64,000 bases of DNA from Eledone cirrhosa (Eukaryota), in contig OZ024741.1 of NCBI GenBank assembly GCA_964016885.1, forward strand, positions 325,996,001 to 326,060,000. Reading direction: 5' to 3'. Position numbers and translations under genes: made by a program. Below, piece by piece: positions 27,510 through 39,494 of this stretch (the first letter of the stretch is position 1; every line of letters starts with the position of its first letter). Below the pieces are notes generated by a model. The model was not told where the DNA came from. It saw nothing but the letters and a program-made list of their open reading frames with translations, and did no database searches.

Positions 27510-29073
27510 TCCCCCGATTATCTGTAAGGCTTATATTTTTATATGAGCTGATAGATGACGGTTTAAGGATTTACAGAAACCCAAGAAGCTAGATATTCCA
27601 TCTCTCTAGTGGGTCCGGGTATGCATTTTACATTCATTTCATTTATTGATTTATTGATAATTTATCTGAGTGTCCCGAATCTTCCATATCGAACTTTTCG
27701 GTTATTTGGTTGATTGTAGACATATTCTACGTGTGACGGTATTTTAACGATAGTTATAGCTCTAATTTATTTGAATTATAGAGCCCTCTGCCGCTCATCT
27801 CGAATTTTGTTTATCGTGAACTCGTGCGCCGATTTTTCGATACTCGATTATTCTACTATATTTAGCTCTGGACTTAGCTATTGACCAGTTAATTTTATTG
27901 TTCATTTTTTGTCGATTCTATTAAATGATGAATAGCCCCTGTTTATTTTAACATGTCTATTGAGCACTCTTATTCGATATGTGTTTTTGCCACATTTTTC
28001 CGAATATTTTTGCGGATATAAAGGTTATCTCCCTTGCTGAAATCCATGTGCGTATTTTTAGCCTGGGTCTTATCTTTTTATCCATTCGGACGAAGCTCGT
28101 TGATGAAGTAACTCCAGTCCCCCGATTATCTGTAAGGCTTATATTTTTATATGAGCTGATAGATGACGGTTTAAGGATTTACAGAAACCCAAGAAGCTAG
28201 ATATTCCATCTCTCTAGTGGGTCCGGGTATGCATTTTACATTCATTTCATTTATTGATTTATTGATAATTTATCTGAGTGTCCCGAATCTTCCATATCGA
28301 ACTTTTCGGTTATTTGGTTGATTGTAGACATATTCTACGTGTGACGGTATTTTAACGATAGTTATAGCTCTAATTTATTTGAATTATAGAGCCCTCTGCC
28401 GCTCATCTCGAATTTTGTTTATCGTGAACTCGTGCGCCGATTTTTCGATACTCGATTATTCTACTATATTTAGCTCTGGACTTAGCTATTGACCAGTTAA
28501 TTTTATTGTTCATTTTTTGTCGATTCTATTAAATGATGAATAGCCCCTGTTTATTTTAACATGTCTATTGAGCACTCTTATTCGATATGTGTTTTTGCCA
28601 CATTTTTCCGAATATTTTTGCGGATATAAAGGTTATCTCCCTTGCTGAAATCCATGTGCGTATTTTTAGCCTGGGTCTTATCTTTTTATCCATTCGGACG
28701 AAGCTCGTTGATGAAGTAACTCCAGTCCCCCGATTATCTGTAAGGCTTATATTTTTATATGAGCTGATAGATGACGGTTTAAGGATTTACAGAAACCCAA
28801 GAAGCTAGATATTCCATCTCTCTAGTGGGTCCGGGTATGCATTTTACATTCATTTCATTTATTGATTTATTGATAATTTATCTGAGTGTCCCGAATCTTC
28901 CATATCGAACTTTTCGGTTATTTGGTTGATTGTAGACATATTCTACGTGTGACGGTATTTTAACGATAGTTATAGCTCTAATTTATTTGAATTATAGAGC
29001 CCTCTGCCGCTCATCTCGAATTTTGTTTATCGTGAACTCGTGCGCCGATTTTTCGATACTCGATTATTCTACT
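27510..29073. repeat. 608-bp tandem repeat, ~2.6 apparently identical copies
   Basis: TCCCCCGATTATCTGTAAGG at ~27510, ~28118 and ~28726; identical ORFs at 27979 and 28587. Confidence 0.95.
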
Positions 29074-29090
29074 ATATATATATATATATA

Positions 29091-31464
29091 TGAAAAGTGT
29101 CAGGACCTCGACCGCTTCCTCAGGATCAGGATCTCCTACTTCCTCTCAATGGTTATACGCCCTATAATCAAGATGTCCCCAGATGTATGTGACAGTACAG
29201 AGGACCACCTACGCAGAATCAGTGAGTGCAACAAAACAAAAACCTATCCAACTGCATAATAGGCAGTATGGATGTGGTATCACTATACCCATCCATTAAC
29301 ATTGATTTTGCTGTGGAAAAATGTGTGAGAGTGGGGTGGAGTTCTGCGACGTCGACCCAGACGACTGGGCCTCCTACTTAGACTTACTTATGACACTGAC
29401 TACCTAGACAGCCATGAACTTAGCCGTTTCTGCCCCAGTAGACCCATAAGAGGTAGACCCCCCACCATAATCTCAATCGCAAGAAAGACTGCCATGGGAA
29501 GGTGAATTGGGTGGACCAAAGTCACACGGACCCCCCAAAACAATGATCAGGTAAGAAAAATGGTCGCACATGCAATAGGGGCTAGTATTAAAACTACCCT
29601 AAAGGGCCACATATACAAATTCAACGAGAAGATCTACACCCTAAATGAGGGAGCAGCCATTGGCGTCAGCATAGCTGGTGATGTTGCCAACCTTTTTATG
29701 GTATGGTGGGAAAGGAGACTTAAAGATCTCCTTGATGAGAGCTCCATAGACCTCATCATGTACTCTCGTTATGTAGACGACATTAATATGGTAATAAGGA
29801 CATCCCCACAAGAGAGTACTAACAAGTATGATTTAGAATGCAGCACAATGGAAAGCAGCCAGCAGATAGCTAATTCCATACACCAGAGTATAACTGTAAC
29901 TATCGACTACCCTTCCAAACAACACGCTAACAATAGACTACCTGTATTAGACACGGAACTCTGGATTAACACTATAGACGAGAGATCCCAAATTCTCCAC
30001 TCACGCTAAACCCATGGCCAAATTCTCCACTTACGCTAAACCCATGGCCTCCAAATATCTGATACTCAAAACCTCAGCAATGTCCAGTAGTGCTAAGTTT
30101 AATATTCTGATCGCAGACTTGGTACGAGTGATGAAGAACGTATCGCGTATGTGCGACCCAACAGAAATGGAAAGACACATCCAACACTTCATAAACAGCA
30201 TGCAGTTCTCTGGCTACAACCAAAGAGACAGAATCAGAGTATACGAAGGAGCCACGGAGAAATATAAGATCCTCATAGAACTGGACATGAAAGGAATTTG
30301 CCCATTATACAGGAGCAAATCAAGGAATAGCTTAGATAGGACTAAACATAAGATAGGCAAAGCCACCTCATGGTAAGACAACCAGAGATACCAGAGTGTC
30401 ATGTTCGTGGACGCTACCCCTGGAGGGAAATTAGCTAACCAGTGTAGAAAGGCCCTGAGAAAGACCCACCTAAAGATTAAGGTTGTAGAAAAGCCAGGAA
30501 CCACCATAAAATCCCTGCTCAACAAAACATACCCTTTTAAGAAAACCCACTGTAATAATAGGAAATGTATTATATGTAAAGCAAACCCCGGATAAACTGT
30601 TAAACTAGAAACGTAGTCTATAGCATAAGATGTACAGAGAGTACTTTCAGAAACATGACAACAACATACATAGGCGAGACAGTTTGTAGTATAGGTGAAA
30701 GGATAGACCAACACTGGGAGGAACTAAAAGGAAGAAAAAACGGTTCAGTACTATACGAACACGCCAGACAACAACATGATGGTAACATAGACAACATAGA
30801 AATTAAAATAATATCTAAACATAGAAATGACCCAGCAGATAGGCTAATCAGAGAAGCAAGCAAAATAGAGCTTAGAATGCCAAATCTAAACAGAAAAAAT
30901 GAATGGAATAACAACAACACCTAAACAAACAATACTGACCTAAAGAGAAATATAAATAAATAAATAAATATATACACAAGCACAATAACAACGAACACAT
31001 ATAAACACACACTACTAAACTAAGATAGAATACAATAACCAAAACAGTGACGAACACACATCAAACACTATACACACACGCAAACGCATGCGCAGAGAAG
31101 AAGACACAAATAAATAAATAAATAAATAAACAGATTAAATAAAGATGGCGTAGACATACACTACAACATGAGGAAACATAATAGCACCACAGACGTTATT
31201 GCAGATGTGTAACGAAAGAACTTTGTTAGACTATATATATGTGTTTGTGTCTATATTATATCTGTATTTTTGACCGTTGGCCAGTCAATGGTAAACATTG
31301 AGGACCGAATAAATTAACTGATATAAAAGATACAGAAGCGAAAACCAACCAAACAGTGAGTGTGTTCTGTTATTAATTCTGGCAATATTATTACAACAAT
31401 ATGACCCTCCCCAAATATAACAATATTTGTTTCGACACACGATTTCATATAAAAGACCTCGCAA

Positions 31465-31470
<6 letters not shown>
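29091..31470 (+). mobile_element. Penelope-like retroelement, 5'-truncated and disrupted (RT, GIY-YIG, pLTR)
   Basis: RT motifs MDVVSLYPSI, GAAIGVSIAGDVANLFM, YSRYVDDI and LPVLD; endonuclease YIGET..ERIDQH..RLIREA..LNRKNEW; multiple stops and frameshifts; flanked by (TA)n. Confidence 0.9.
29260..30924 (+). pseudogene. Penelope-like RT/GIY-YIG polyprotein (fragmented)
   Basis: ORFs 29560-30009, 30014-30376, 30401-30595 and 30655-30924 are consecutive pieces; a ~30-bp internal duplication at ~29988-30048 breaks the frame. Confidence 0.88.
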
Positions 31471-31532
<62 letters not shown>

Positions 31533-31537
31533 CATAC

Positions 31538-32314
31538 AATACATTAACAGAGAAAGCTTTAAGCTATACTCTGACTGGCTACCAACTCACTCAACAAACA
31601 TTAGTATATACCTTAGTATCATCCCAATTTTACGTTTGGGGTGCTAACTATATGTATTTTGCGGAAAGCCAGTTGTATTATTTTATATGAGACATAATTA
31701 AAATATATCTCCCTTTCCAAACAATTGTTTCATTATAAGTTTTCTACAAGTTAGGAGAATGTGTCCGGGTTATGTAGAAGCCTGCAGACATTCCGTAGGA
31801 ATATATGCAGGTGGGCACTTATAAATCATCAGTGGATGCCCGTCAAACATCGATATAAAAAACTCACTTACCGATGTATAATCTCACGTCAGCAATGGTC
31901 TCCCTCCGCATCAGAATGACCGCCAAATTTGAAATTCCAGCAGTCTCAGAGCGTCATGAAGCGGAAAAGGGAGGTCACTGCGAAACACAAGAAAGTAAAA
32001 TAATAATTTACACGCGGGTCAATTAAATTTTTCAACAATTTTAACCCTGCGTGTGAAGAACTCAATTAGATTATAAAAAAATAAATATATGCATGTATTA
32101 TTTATACACGCATATAGGTATTTTCTTAGGCTAAAAACAGAGATATGATACCAGAATAACGATCAATATTTCATAGTGATAATACATACGGAAAGTTACG
32201 CTTAAAAGGTATCTGGAAATATTCATCTCAGGCCAATTCAAGAGTATAATATTCAATACATTAACAGAGAAAGCTTTAAGCTATACTCTGACTGGCTACC
32301 AACTCACTCAACAA
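31538..32314. repeat. ~60-bp direct repeats about 717 bp apart (pLTR-like)
   Basis: AATACATTAACAGAGAAAGCTTTAAGCTATACTCTGACTGGCTACCAACTCACTCAACAAA at ~31538 and ~32255; (TA)n-bounded. Confidence 0.7.
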
Positions 32315-32980
32315 ATATATATATATATGTAATATATATGTATATATGTATATATGTATATACATATATAATATATATGTATATATGTATATATGTATAT
32401 ACATACTATATATATAATAGGGTGTGTATGGAAGCATATAGGATATATTTATGTATTATATAATAAATACATGGTATATACTTTAATATATGACCCTATT
32501 ATGAAACATTCTATGCAATTGGTACTGCTAATATACTTATATACTCTTTTAACTCTTTACCTATCTTAACCCACGATCTGTGGCTCATTTTGGGATACTC
32601 ATGCTATTGCCACATTATCTATAGGCCTCCTTCCTATGATGAGAGGGTTTGACAACACTAACTTCTTTTTGCCGTGATGTTAACTCGTCAGTGATCTTGG
32701 AATGCACAATGTCGAGTAAAGTGAGTATTTGTATACATGTTGATTGCCATCCCTTCATTGACCATTGTACGATCATGTGAAGGCAGGTGACTTTTCTGAC
32801 TAACTCATATTTTGCAGGCACGTTCACAGATGTGATACTTGAACTGACTGTTTCCTGATAATACCGGCCTGAGTGTGTCTTCATGCATTCTACCGTCTCC
32901 TCATGCATTCTACCGAGAAGCCATGTTGGTACTATGCAGGACATTTGTCCTAAGCCGACTGGACTATTCTTCTCAGTTGT

Positions 32981-33497
32981 AGTCACCCAACAGTGTCAAA
33001 CTAACCAGGGAGCTTGAAGCAATCCAGCGAAGCTACACCAAGAGGATTGCCACGGTGAAGGAGATGAGCTACTGGAAGATTCTAAAAGAACTGAAACTCT
33101 ACGGTATGCAGTGATATACATATTGAAGATCCTGGTCGGACTAGCACCAAACTTTGCCATTGAGAGCTGGACCAACCCTCAAACAGGACGTCACTGTGTA
33201 GTGCCAAAGGACAGGTATTGCAATAACCTAGATTTCAATGGGCCCCAACTATTTACTAAGCTGCCACGAAGTTTGGGAGGTTTAAATGGTGTGGACGTGG
33301 ATGTTTTCAAGAACAACTCTGCTATCCAAGATCCGAAATAAACCCACAGCACGGAATGAAATTAACCTAAAGGCAGCAGTAACGAACTACCTCCCACATC
33401 AATGGCCAGGCTGGGTATAGAAAGTGAAACAACAATGGTGGTGACACAGCATGGCCTCAGCCGGATGGCAGGAGCAGCTAAAATAGTAAAAGAGTAT
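32981..33497 (+). mobile_element. Second CR1/L2-group 3' fragment (family of 10305-10896)
   Basis: Collinear with 10315-10896 (GAGCTTGAAGCAATCCAGCGAAGCTACACCAAGAGGATTG; ESWTNP..GRHCVVPK), with internal deletions. Confidence 0.8.
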
Positions 33498-34137
33498 ATA
33501 TACGTATACATATTTATATATCTAAATATAACGTAACAACGAGTGAGAGAGAGAGTGTGTGTGAGTGACTGTGAGAGAGAGAGGGGGGAGAGAGCGTGAG
33601 TGAGGGAGTGTTTGAGAGAGAGGGAGAGAGAGAGAGAGAGAGGGAGAGAGAGAGAGAGAAAGAGAGAGAAAGAGAGAGAAAGAGAGAGAAAGAGAGAGAA
33701 AGTGAGAGAACTTTACAGGAAGATAGAAATACATTGTTATGAATTGGGTTAAGTTGAATGATGATATTATCTATAAAAGGCAGATTGTTGTTGTGTGTGT
33801 GTGCATGTTCCATGTTTATACATTTGCAGAATTTTAAACCGATCCGACTCAACATCTGTAAGAATGTTGTAAATGGTCTAACTTATGTCAACGACTATTT
33901 ATTTCATTTACATTCACCCACAATTACGGAAATAATCGATAAAACTAAATACATGACGCTTTACCCCTCTAATACAATCAGATACCCTCTCTCTACTCTC
34001 CTTAAACTTTAAGAGAGAGAGAGTGAGAGGGAGAGAGAGAGAGAGAGAACGTTTGTTTTTGAGTGTGGAACGGTCAAACATTTATTTACTTCAATGACAA
34101 AGAGAACTTATTACATTTCATACCAAACAACAATTAT

Positions 34138-34610
34138 TCAAAAGCAACAGATAAATTTATTCAACAACAAAAAAAATCGCGATAACTATTTTTTTAAACA
34201 TCTATCAACGAATGTGGAAGAAAGAAGTATCAGTTCATTTACTATACACAATAATATCCTCTATGAGGTCACTAAACCTGCTAGAAACAGCAGCTAACTC
34301 TCCCCCATATCATACCACTCTCTACTGTCTTAAATTTAGAAAATATATCCTCTATGAGGTCACTAAACCTGCTAGAAACAGCAGCTAACTCTCCCCCATA
34401 TTCAAAAGCAACAGATACATTTATTCAACAACAATAAAAAAAATAGCGATAAATCTTTTTTAAAACATCTATCAACGAACGTGGAAGAAAGAAGTATCAG
34501 TTAATTTACTATACACAATAATATCCACTATGTGGTCAGTAAACCTGCTAGAAACAGCAGCTAACTCTCCCCCATATCACACGCCTCCCTACTGTCTTAA
34601 ATTAGAAAAC
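34138..34610. repeat. Local tandem duplication/triplication (~260-bp and ~90-bp units)
   Basis: CAAAAGCAACAGATA..TTTATTCAACAAC twice; TAAACCTGCTAGAAACAGCAGCTAACTCTCCCCCATAT three times. Confidence 0.85.
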
Positions 34611-36450
34611 ACACATTAGAGAACCATGCAGAACAACTCCATCGCAGCTCTGTTGTTCGGCTGGCATCGTCTACGCGCGTGTTGCGCAAGTAGTGTGAAA
34701 CAATAAATTTCGACACTTCTTTGCACAGAGATAATATCCATAGGCGAAACTACAATTGTCACTGCTGGTGCAGCTCCTGCTTCGGCAGTCCAGGTCTGTA
34801 ATTCATTCACCCAGTGCCTGGCAGACAAAAATGTGCTGCCATAAAATGGGTGGTGAAACCTAACTTTGGTAACTTACTGACCCCGAGCAACGCCGAGCTT
34901 TTATGCTAGTACATTGATAAAAGAAACATTATATCTGGAATGTTCTATAATCCATCTAAAAACGTTCATTTACATACGCTTACTCATGAAGTCATAATAA
35001 TCATTGCTTAGATATATATGCATATATGCTTTAGGATATATATATATATATAGCTGTTTTCAATATCTGACAAGACAATATATGTAATCTTAAACACAGG
35101 CCCAACCACGCAGATATAGAGATCTGCATCTATCTATCTCTCCCCCACTCCCTCTATGTATTTATGCGTATACACAGACTCACACACACAAGCACTCACA
35201 CACACACATACACACATATATATATATTATCTGTGTGTGTGTGTGAGTATACATATATATGTGAGTGTATGTGCGCGAGTGTGTGCGTGTATATATGTAT
35301 ATATATATATTTATTAAAATAACAGATTAAAGTTTAATCAAAGAATCGCTGCTTTCACCCTTAACAGGATCTTCATATATATATATATGAATTTCTAAAA
35401 GACTCGATTCATTTATATGGCTTTGGTGCAGCGAGGTTATAGTGGTAGGTATTTGCAACGCAATGGAACTGAAAGCTAAGCCACGAGGTTGCAAAGCAAT
35501 CTCAATAGCCACACAGCCATGTCTGCCTCAGATAGTCGTTTGAAGATCTTATCCAACCCTAAAAAAATATTTCAAAGACGATCGTTCCAGTGGTTCAAAC
35601 AACAGAACAACCTGCACGTGAAATTGACATGCAAGTCACTCAGCTTTCCACACACGTATAACCTGAACGTAAACACAGAGTGATTCAGCATATCATTGTG
35701 TGTGTGAAAAATCTGGCCTTTTAATTCCCGATCATAATATCGTGGGTTCGATTCCTGGGCTGGTTTGTGTGATGGGTTCTTGAGCAAAGTACTTCATTTT
35801 CCGATGGTCCTGTACACTCAGCTGAAAATGAGCACCAACAGTATCTGGGGATTTAACGCTGCCAGGGGTAAGTCTTGAACTCTCAGCCGCTTAACGCAAC
35901 AGAAACCGAGGTAAGAACCGGCCTGACGAGCCTCAGAGCTCTAGAGATACAATTTTTAAAAACAATCCATCCATCTCAGATGCTTCTGAATTTCACAATT
36001 TCATTCACAAAACTTTGATCGACTATTGGCTATGGTAAATGACAATGGCCTAAGTTGCCATGCAGTGGGATTGAACCCGGTACCCGATGATTACGATGAA
36101 AACAACTACCATCATTCGACCATGTTACCTCCACAGGCCAAATTCTAACAACTAAATAAACTCCCAAATAGTGTCAAAACAAAACGAGAGAATTTAATAA
36201 GGCGAGTTAATCAAATGGAAAGGATCATTGGACAGGTTTTACGGGCCAAATCATCCGGCAGGAGACCCAGTGTTAAATACCGTGAAAGACTGATGAATAA
36301 CATTTCCATGAGCACGGCTGTCTCGCTTGGGTAGCTAGCCGGATCCATTGGAGACGGTTTCCTGTGACAGGATGCTCTAGAATGTGTGTTTGAAGACTCT
36401 GCCCCCACGGCCTTCTCAAGAATAAGTGGGCGAATAATAATAATAATAAT

Positions 36451-36634
36451 TGTTTCTACTTTTGGCACAAGGCCAGAAATTACTCCAGTGTATTACTGGC
36501 ACTTTATTTTATCGACCGCGTAAGGATGAAAGGCAAAGTTAACCTCGGCGGGATTTGAACTCAGAATGGAAAGAGCCGTAACTCTATGCGTCAAAGCATG
36601 GCGTCGGACCCTCTACCAATACTGCCAATCCACC
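36451..36634 (-). mobile_element. SINE, near full length
   Basis: Family match; tail runs into (AAT)n at 36433-36450. Confidence 0.9.
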
Positions 36635-36646
36635 ATTATATAATAA

Positions 36647-36830
36647 TGAATTGGCAGTATCGGTAGAGGGTCGGATGCCATGCTTTCCAGCATAGTTACG
36701 TCCCTTAACGATCTGAGTTCAAATCCCGCTGAGGTTGACTTTGCCTTTCATCCTTACGGGGTCGATAAAATAAAGTACCAGTAATGCACTGGGTAATTGC
36801 TGGCCTTGTGCCAAAAAGTAGAAACAATTA
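36647..36830 (+). mobile_element. SINE, near full length, head-to-head with the previous copy
   Basis: TGGCAGTATCGG A-box, GAGTTCAAATCC B-box, tail CCTTGTGCCAAAAAGTAGAAACAATTAT. Confidence 0.9.
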
Positions 36831-36845
36831 TATAATAATAATAAA

Positions 36846-37373
36846 GACGGTGAATTGGCAGTATCGGTAGAGGGTTGGACGCCATGCTTTCTAGCATAGT
36901 TACGTTCCTTTACGGTCTGAGTTCAAATCCAGTCGAGGTTAACTTTGCCTTTCATCCTTATGGGGTCGATAAACACAATAGGCCTGACCTGGTGGTTTTG
37001 GACAAGGAAAAAAGATCGTGCCTAATTGTAGATGTAGCCTGCCCATTTGACACGAGAGTGCAAGAAAAGGAGAGTGAGAAAATTAACCGATACCAGGATT
37101 TAAAGTGGGAGTTAAAAAGGATTTTGAACTGCCATGAAATCAAGGTCGTCCCGATTGTCATAGGCGCACTAGGTACTATCTCAAAGAGTTTCCAAGGATG
37201 GTTAAAGAAGAATAGTCCAGCCCCGCTTTTTGGAACACTTCAAAAAGCATGCTTGCTGGGAACAGCAAGAATCCTCCGATACGTCCTGAATATCTGAGGC
37301 TGCAGATAGCGGCTTGATATTCATTTCAACAAACAATCCAATTAAATAACATCAATGACTGAGGCTCAAAGAA
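36846..37373 (+). mobile_element. Chimera: SINE 5' part (36846-36972) joined to the 3' end of an R4/Dong LINE (36973-37373)
   Basis: SINE sequence up to GGGGTCGATAAA, then HNRPDLVVLDKEKRSCLIVDVACPFD...RYVLNI and 3' UTR collinear with 38805-39202; (AAT)n tail. Confidence 0.88.
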
Positions 37374-37374
37374 C

Positions 37375-37426
<52 letters not shown>

Positions 37427-39202
37427 GGATCACCAAAAGCCTGGAGATCTTCAGGGTGGCAGATAACATCAGACAGTTGCTAGGCAGGAGTATGGGGTCC
37501 TGGGAGACAGAGTTGACATCAACTGGAGTATCCTTGGGAAGCGTGAAGATCAAGAGAGGTATCTTCCAGGGAGATAGCCTGTCCCCTCTGTTGTTTGTCC
37601 TTGCCCTGATGCCCTTGACCATTATGCTGCGAAAAGTGAGAGCAGGATACAAGTTGGGAAGGGGAGAGCTTACCATCAATCACCTCCTCTTCATGGACGA
37701 TCTTAAGCTCTTCGGGAAAAGTGAGAAGGAGTTGGATGTGCTTGTTGACACTGTCCGTATTTTCAGCAGTGATATATGTATGCAGTTTGGTATTGGTAAA
37801 TGTGGAGTCATTGTGATGAAGAGGGGTAGGTTGAGCAGAAGTAACGGGATCCAGATACCAACAGGTGAGATGATAAAGGAAATTGACTCTGAGGAAGGAT
37901 ACAAGTATTTGGGCGTTCTGGAGGCTGATGGCATAAAGAACAAAAAAATGAAGGAATTGTTAAGAACTGAATACATTCGGAGAGTAAGGAGCGTATTGAA
38001 GTCACATCTGAACAGCAGAAATGCCATAAGCGCAGTAAATTCCCGAGCTGTGTCTATTATTAGGTACAGTGCGGGAATTCTGAGATGGAATGTTGCTGAA
38101 CAAAAAGAAATGGATAGGAAGACTAGGAAGCTATTGACTATCTACAACATGTTCCACAAGAGGAGTGATGTCGATAGACTCTACCTAAGGAGATCTGAGG
38201 GTGGAAGAGGTCTTATCAGCATAGAGGACTGTGTTCAGATGGAGAAAAACAACCTATACAAATACGTGACCTATAGTAAGGAGCCAATGCTCAGAACTGT
38301 ACTGAAGGAGGGGACAGTAGGCCAGGGGATGTCCAAGGAGCAAATAACATCAAGGAGGAAGAGCAGCCTTAGGGGAAAATCCCTTCATAGTACCTTCTTT
38401 GAGAAAACTGAATTTAGAGATCCACAGACATGGAACTGGTTGAGAAGAGGAGACCTCAAAAAGGCTACAGAAGGAATGCTAATGGCTGCGCAGGAGCAGG
38501 CCCTCAAAACGAAGTGGTTGAAGCACCATATCTACAAGGAGGAGGCTAGCCCACTGTGCAGGATCTGTGGAGAGAGAGAGGAGACTGTGGCTCACATTGT
38601 GTCCGAGTGTAAACACCTAGCCCAGACCCACTATAAGGGCTGGAGACACGATGTGATGGGCAGGGTGATCCACTGGCACCTGTGCAAAGTAAACAATTTA
38701 CCACATTCTGAGAAATGGTATGAGCATAGGCCAGAGGCGGTGATGGAGAACAATCAGGTGAAGGTGCTGTGGGATTTTAGGATACAGACGGACAAAAAAC
38801 TGGAACACAATAGACCTGACCTGGTGGTTGTGGACAAAGAAAAAAGATCGTGCCTGATTGTGGATGTGGCCTGCCCGTTCGACACGAGAGTGCAAGAGAA
38901 GGAGAGGGAGAAAATTAACCGATACCAGGACCTAAAGTGGGAGGTGAAAAGGATTTGGAACTGCCATGAAGTCAAAGTGATCCCGATTGTCATAGGCGCA
39001 CTGGGGACTATCTCCAAAAGTTTCCAGGGATGGTTAAAGAAAATCGGCCCCTTCACGCTTTTTGGAACGCTTCAAAAGGCATGCTTGCTTGGAACAGCAA
39101 GAACCCTCCGATACGTCCTGAATATCTGAGGCTGCATGTAGTGGCATGATATTCAATCCAACGGACTTTCCAGTTAACCAACATCAATGACTGAGATTCA
39201 AG
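37427..39202 (+). mobile_element. R4/Dong-clade non-LTR retrotransposon, family A, 5'-truncated, in (AAT)n
   Basis: RT, CCHC and restriction-like endonuclease domains; (AAT)n on both sides, as known for Dong/Rex6 TAA-targeting elements. Confidence 0.9.
37456..39129 (+). CDS. R4/Dong polyprotein C-terminal part (RT, CCHC, RLE); uninterrupted but N-terminally truncated
   Basis: GIFQGDSLSPLLF, HLLFMDDLKLF, YKYLG, CRICGEREETVAHIVSEC, RPDLVVVD..IVDVACPFD..EKINRY. Confidence 0.85.
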   Translation: MADNIRQLLGRSMGSWETELTSTGVSLGSVKIKRGIFQGDSLSPLLFVLALMPLTIMLRKVRAGYKLGRGELTINHLLFMDDLKLFGKSEKELDVLVDTVRIFSSDICMQFGIGKCGVIVMKRGRLSRSNGIQIPTGEMIKEIDSEEGYKYLGVLEADGIKNKKMKELLRTEYIRRVRSVLKSHLNSRNAISAVNSRAVSIIRYSAGILRWNVAEQKEMDRKTRKLLTIYNMFHKRSDVDRLYLRRSEGGRGLISIEDCVQMEKNNLYKYVTYSKEPMLRTVLKEGTVGQGMSKEQITSRRKSSLRGKSLHSTFFEKTEFRDPQTWNWLRRGDLKKATEGMLMAAQEQALKTKWLKHHIYKEEASPLCRICGEREETVAHIVSECKHLAQTHYKGWRHDVMGRVIHWHLCKVNNLPHSEKWYEHRPEAVMENNQVKVLWDFRIQTDKKLEHNRPDLVVVDKEKRSCLIVDVACPFDTRVQEKEREKINRYQDLKWEVKRIWNCHEVKVIPIVIGALGTISKSFQGWLKKIGPFTLFGTLQKACLLGTARTLRYVLNI

Positions 39203-39494
39203 GAATAACAACAACAATAATAATAATAATAATAATAATGTTTTCTTTATTAACCACAAGGGTTTACATAAAGTAGACATTAAGGACAGTACAGGACAAT
39301 ACAGGACGGTACAAATAGGCATTTCTGCGTGTAAAAAAACAAAAAAAAAACAGAGGGTGTAACAAAAAATAACAATGAAAAATTCCCAATAGGGGGGAGA
39401 CTTCGGAGGGGCATTTGTGGAGAAAGCCCAGTAATAAGCCACAATGACCCTGACCACCAAGGCAAGTGCCCTCTCCCAGTTTTCCACCTTTAAT

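Noticed and set aside
35310-35380. TGAAGA..GAAAGCAGCGATTC hammerhead-like fragment (also ~63148-63215)
   Set aside because: 5' core truncated by (TA)n and no convincing stem III
36647-36730. tRNA gene
   Set aside because: A/B boxes belong to a multi-copy SINE head; no cloverleaf found
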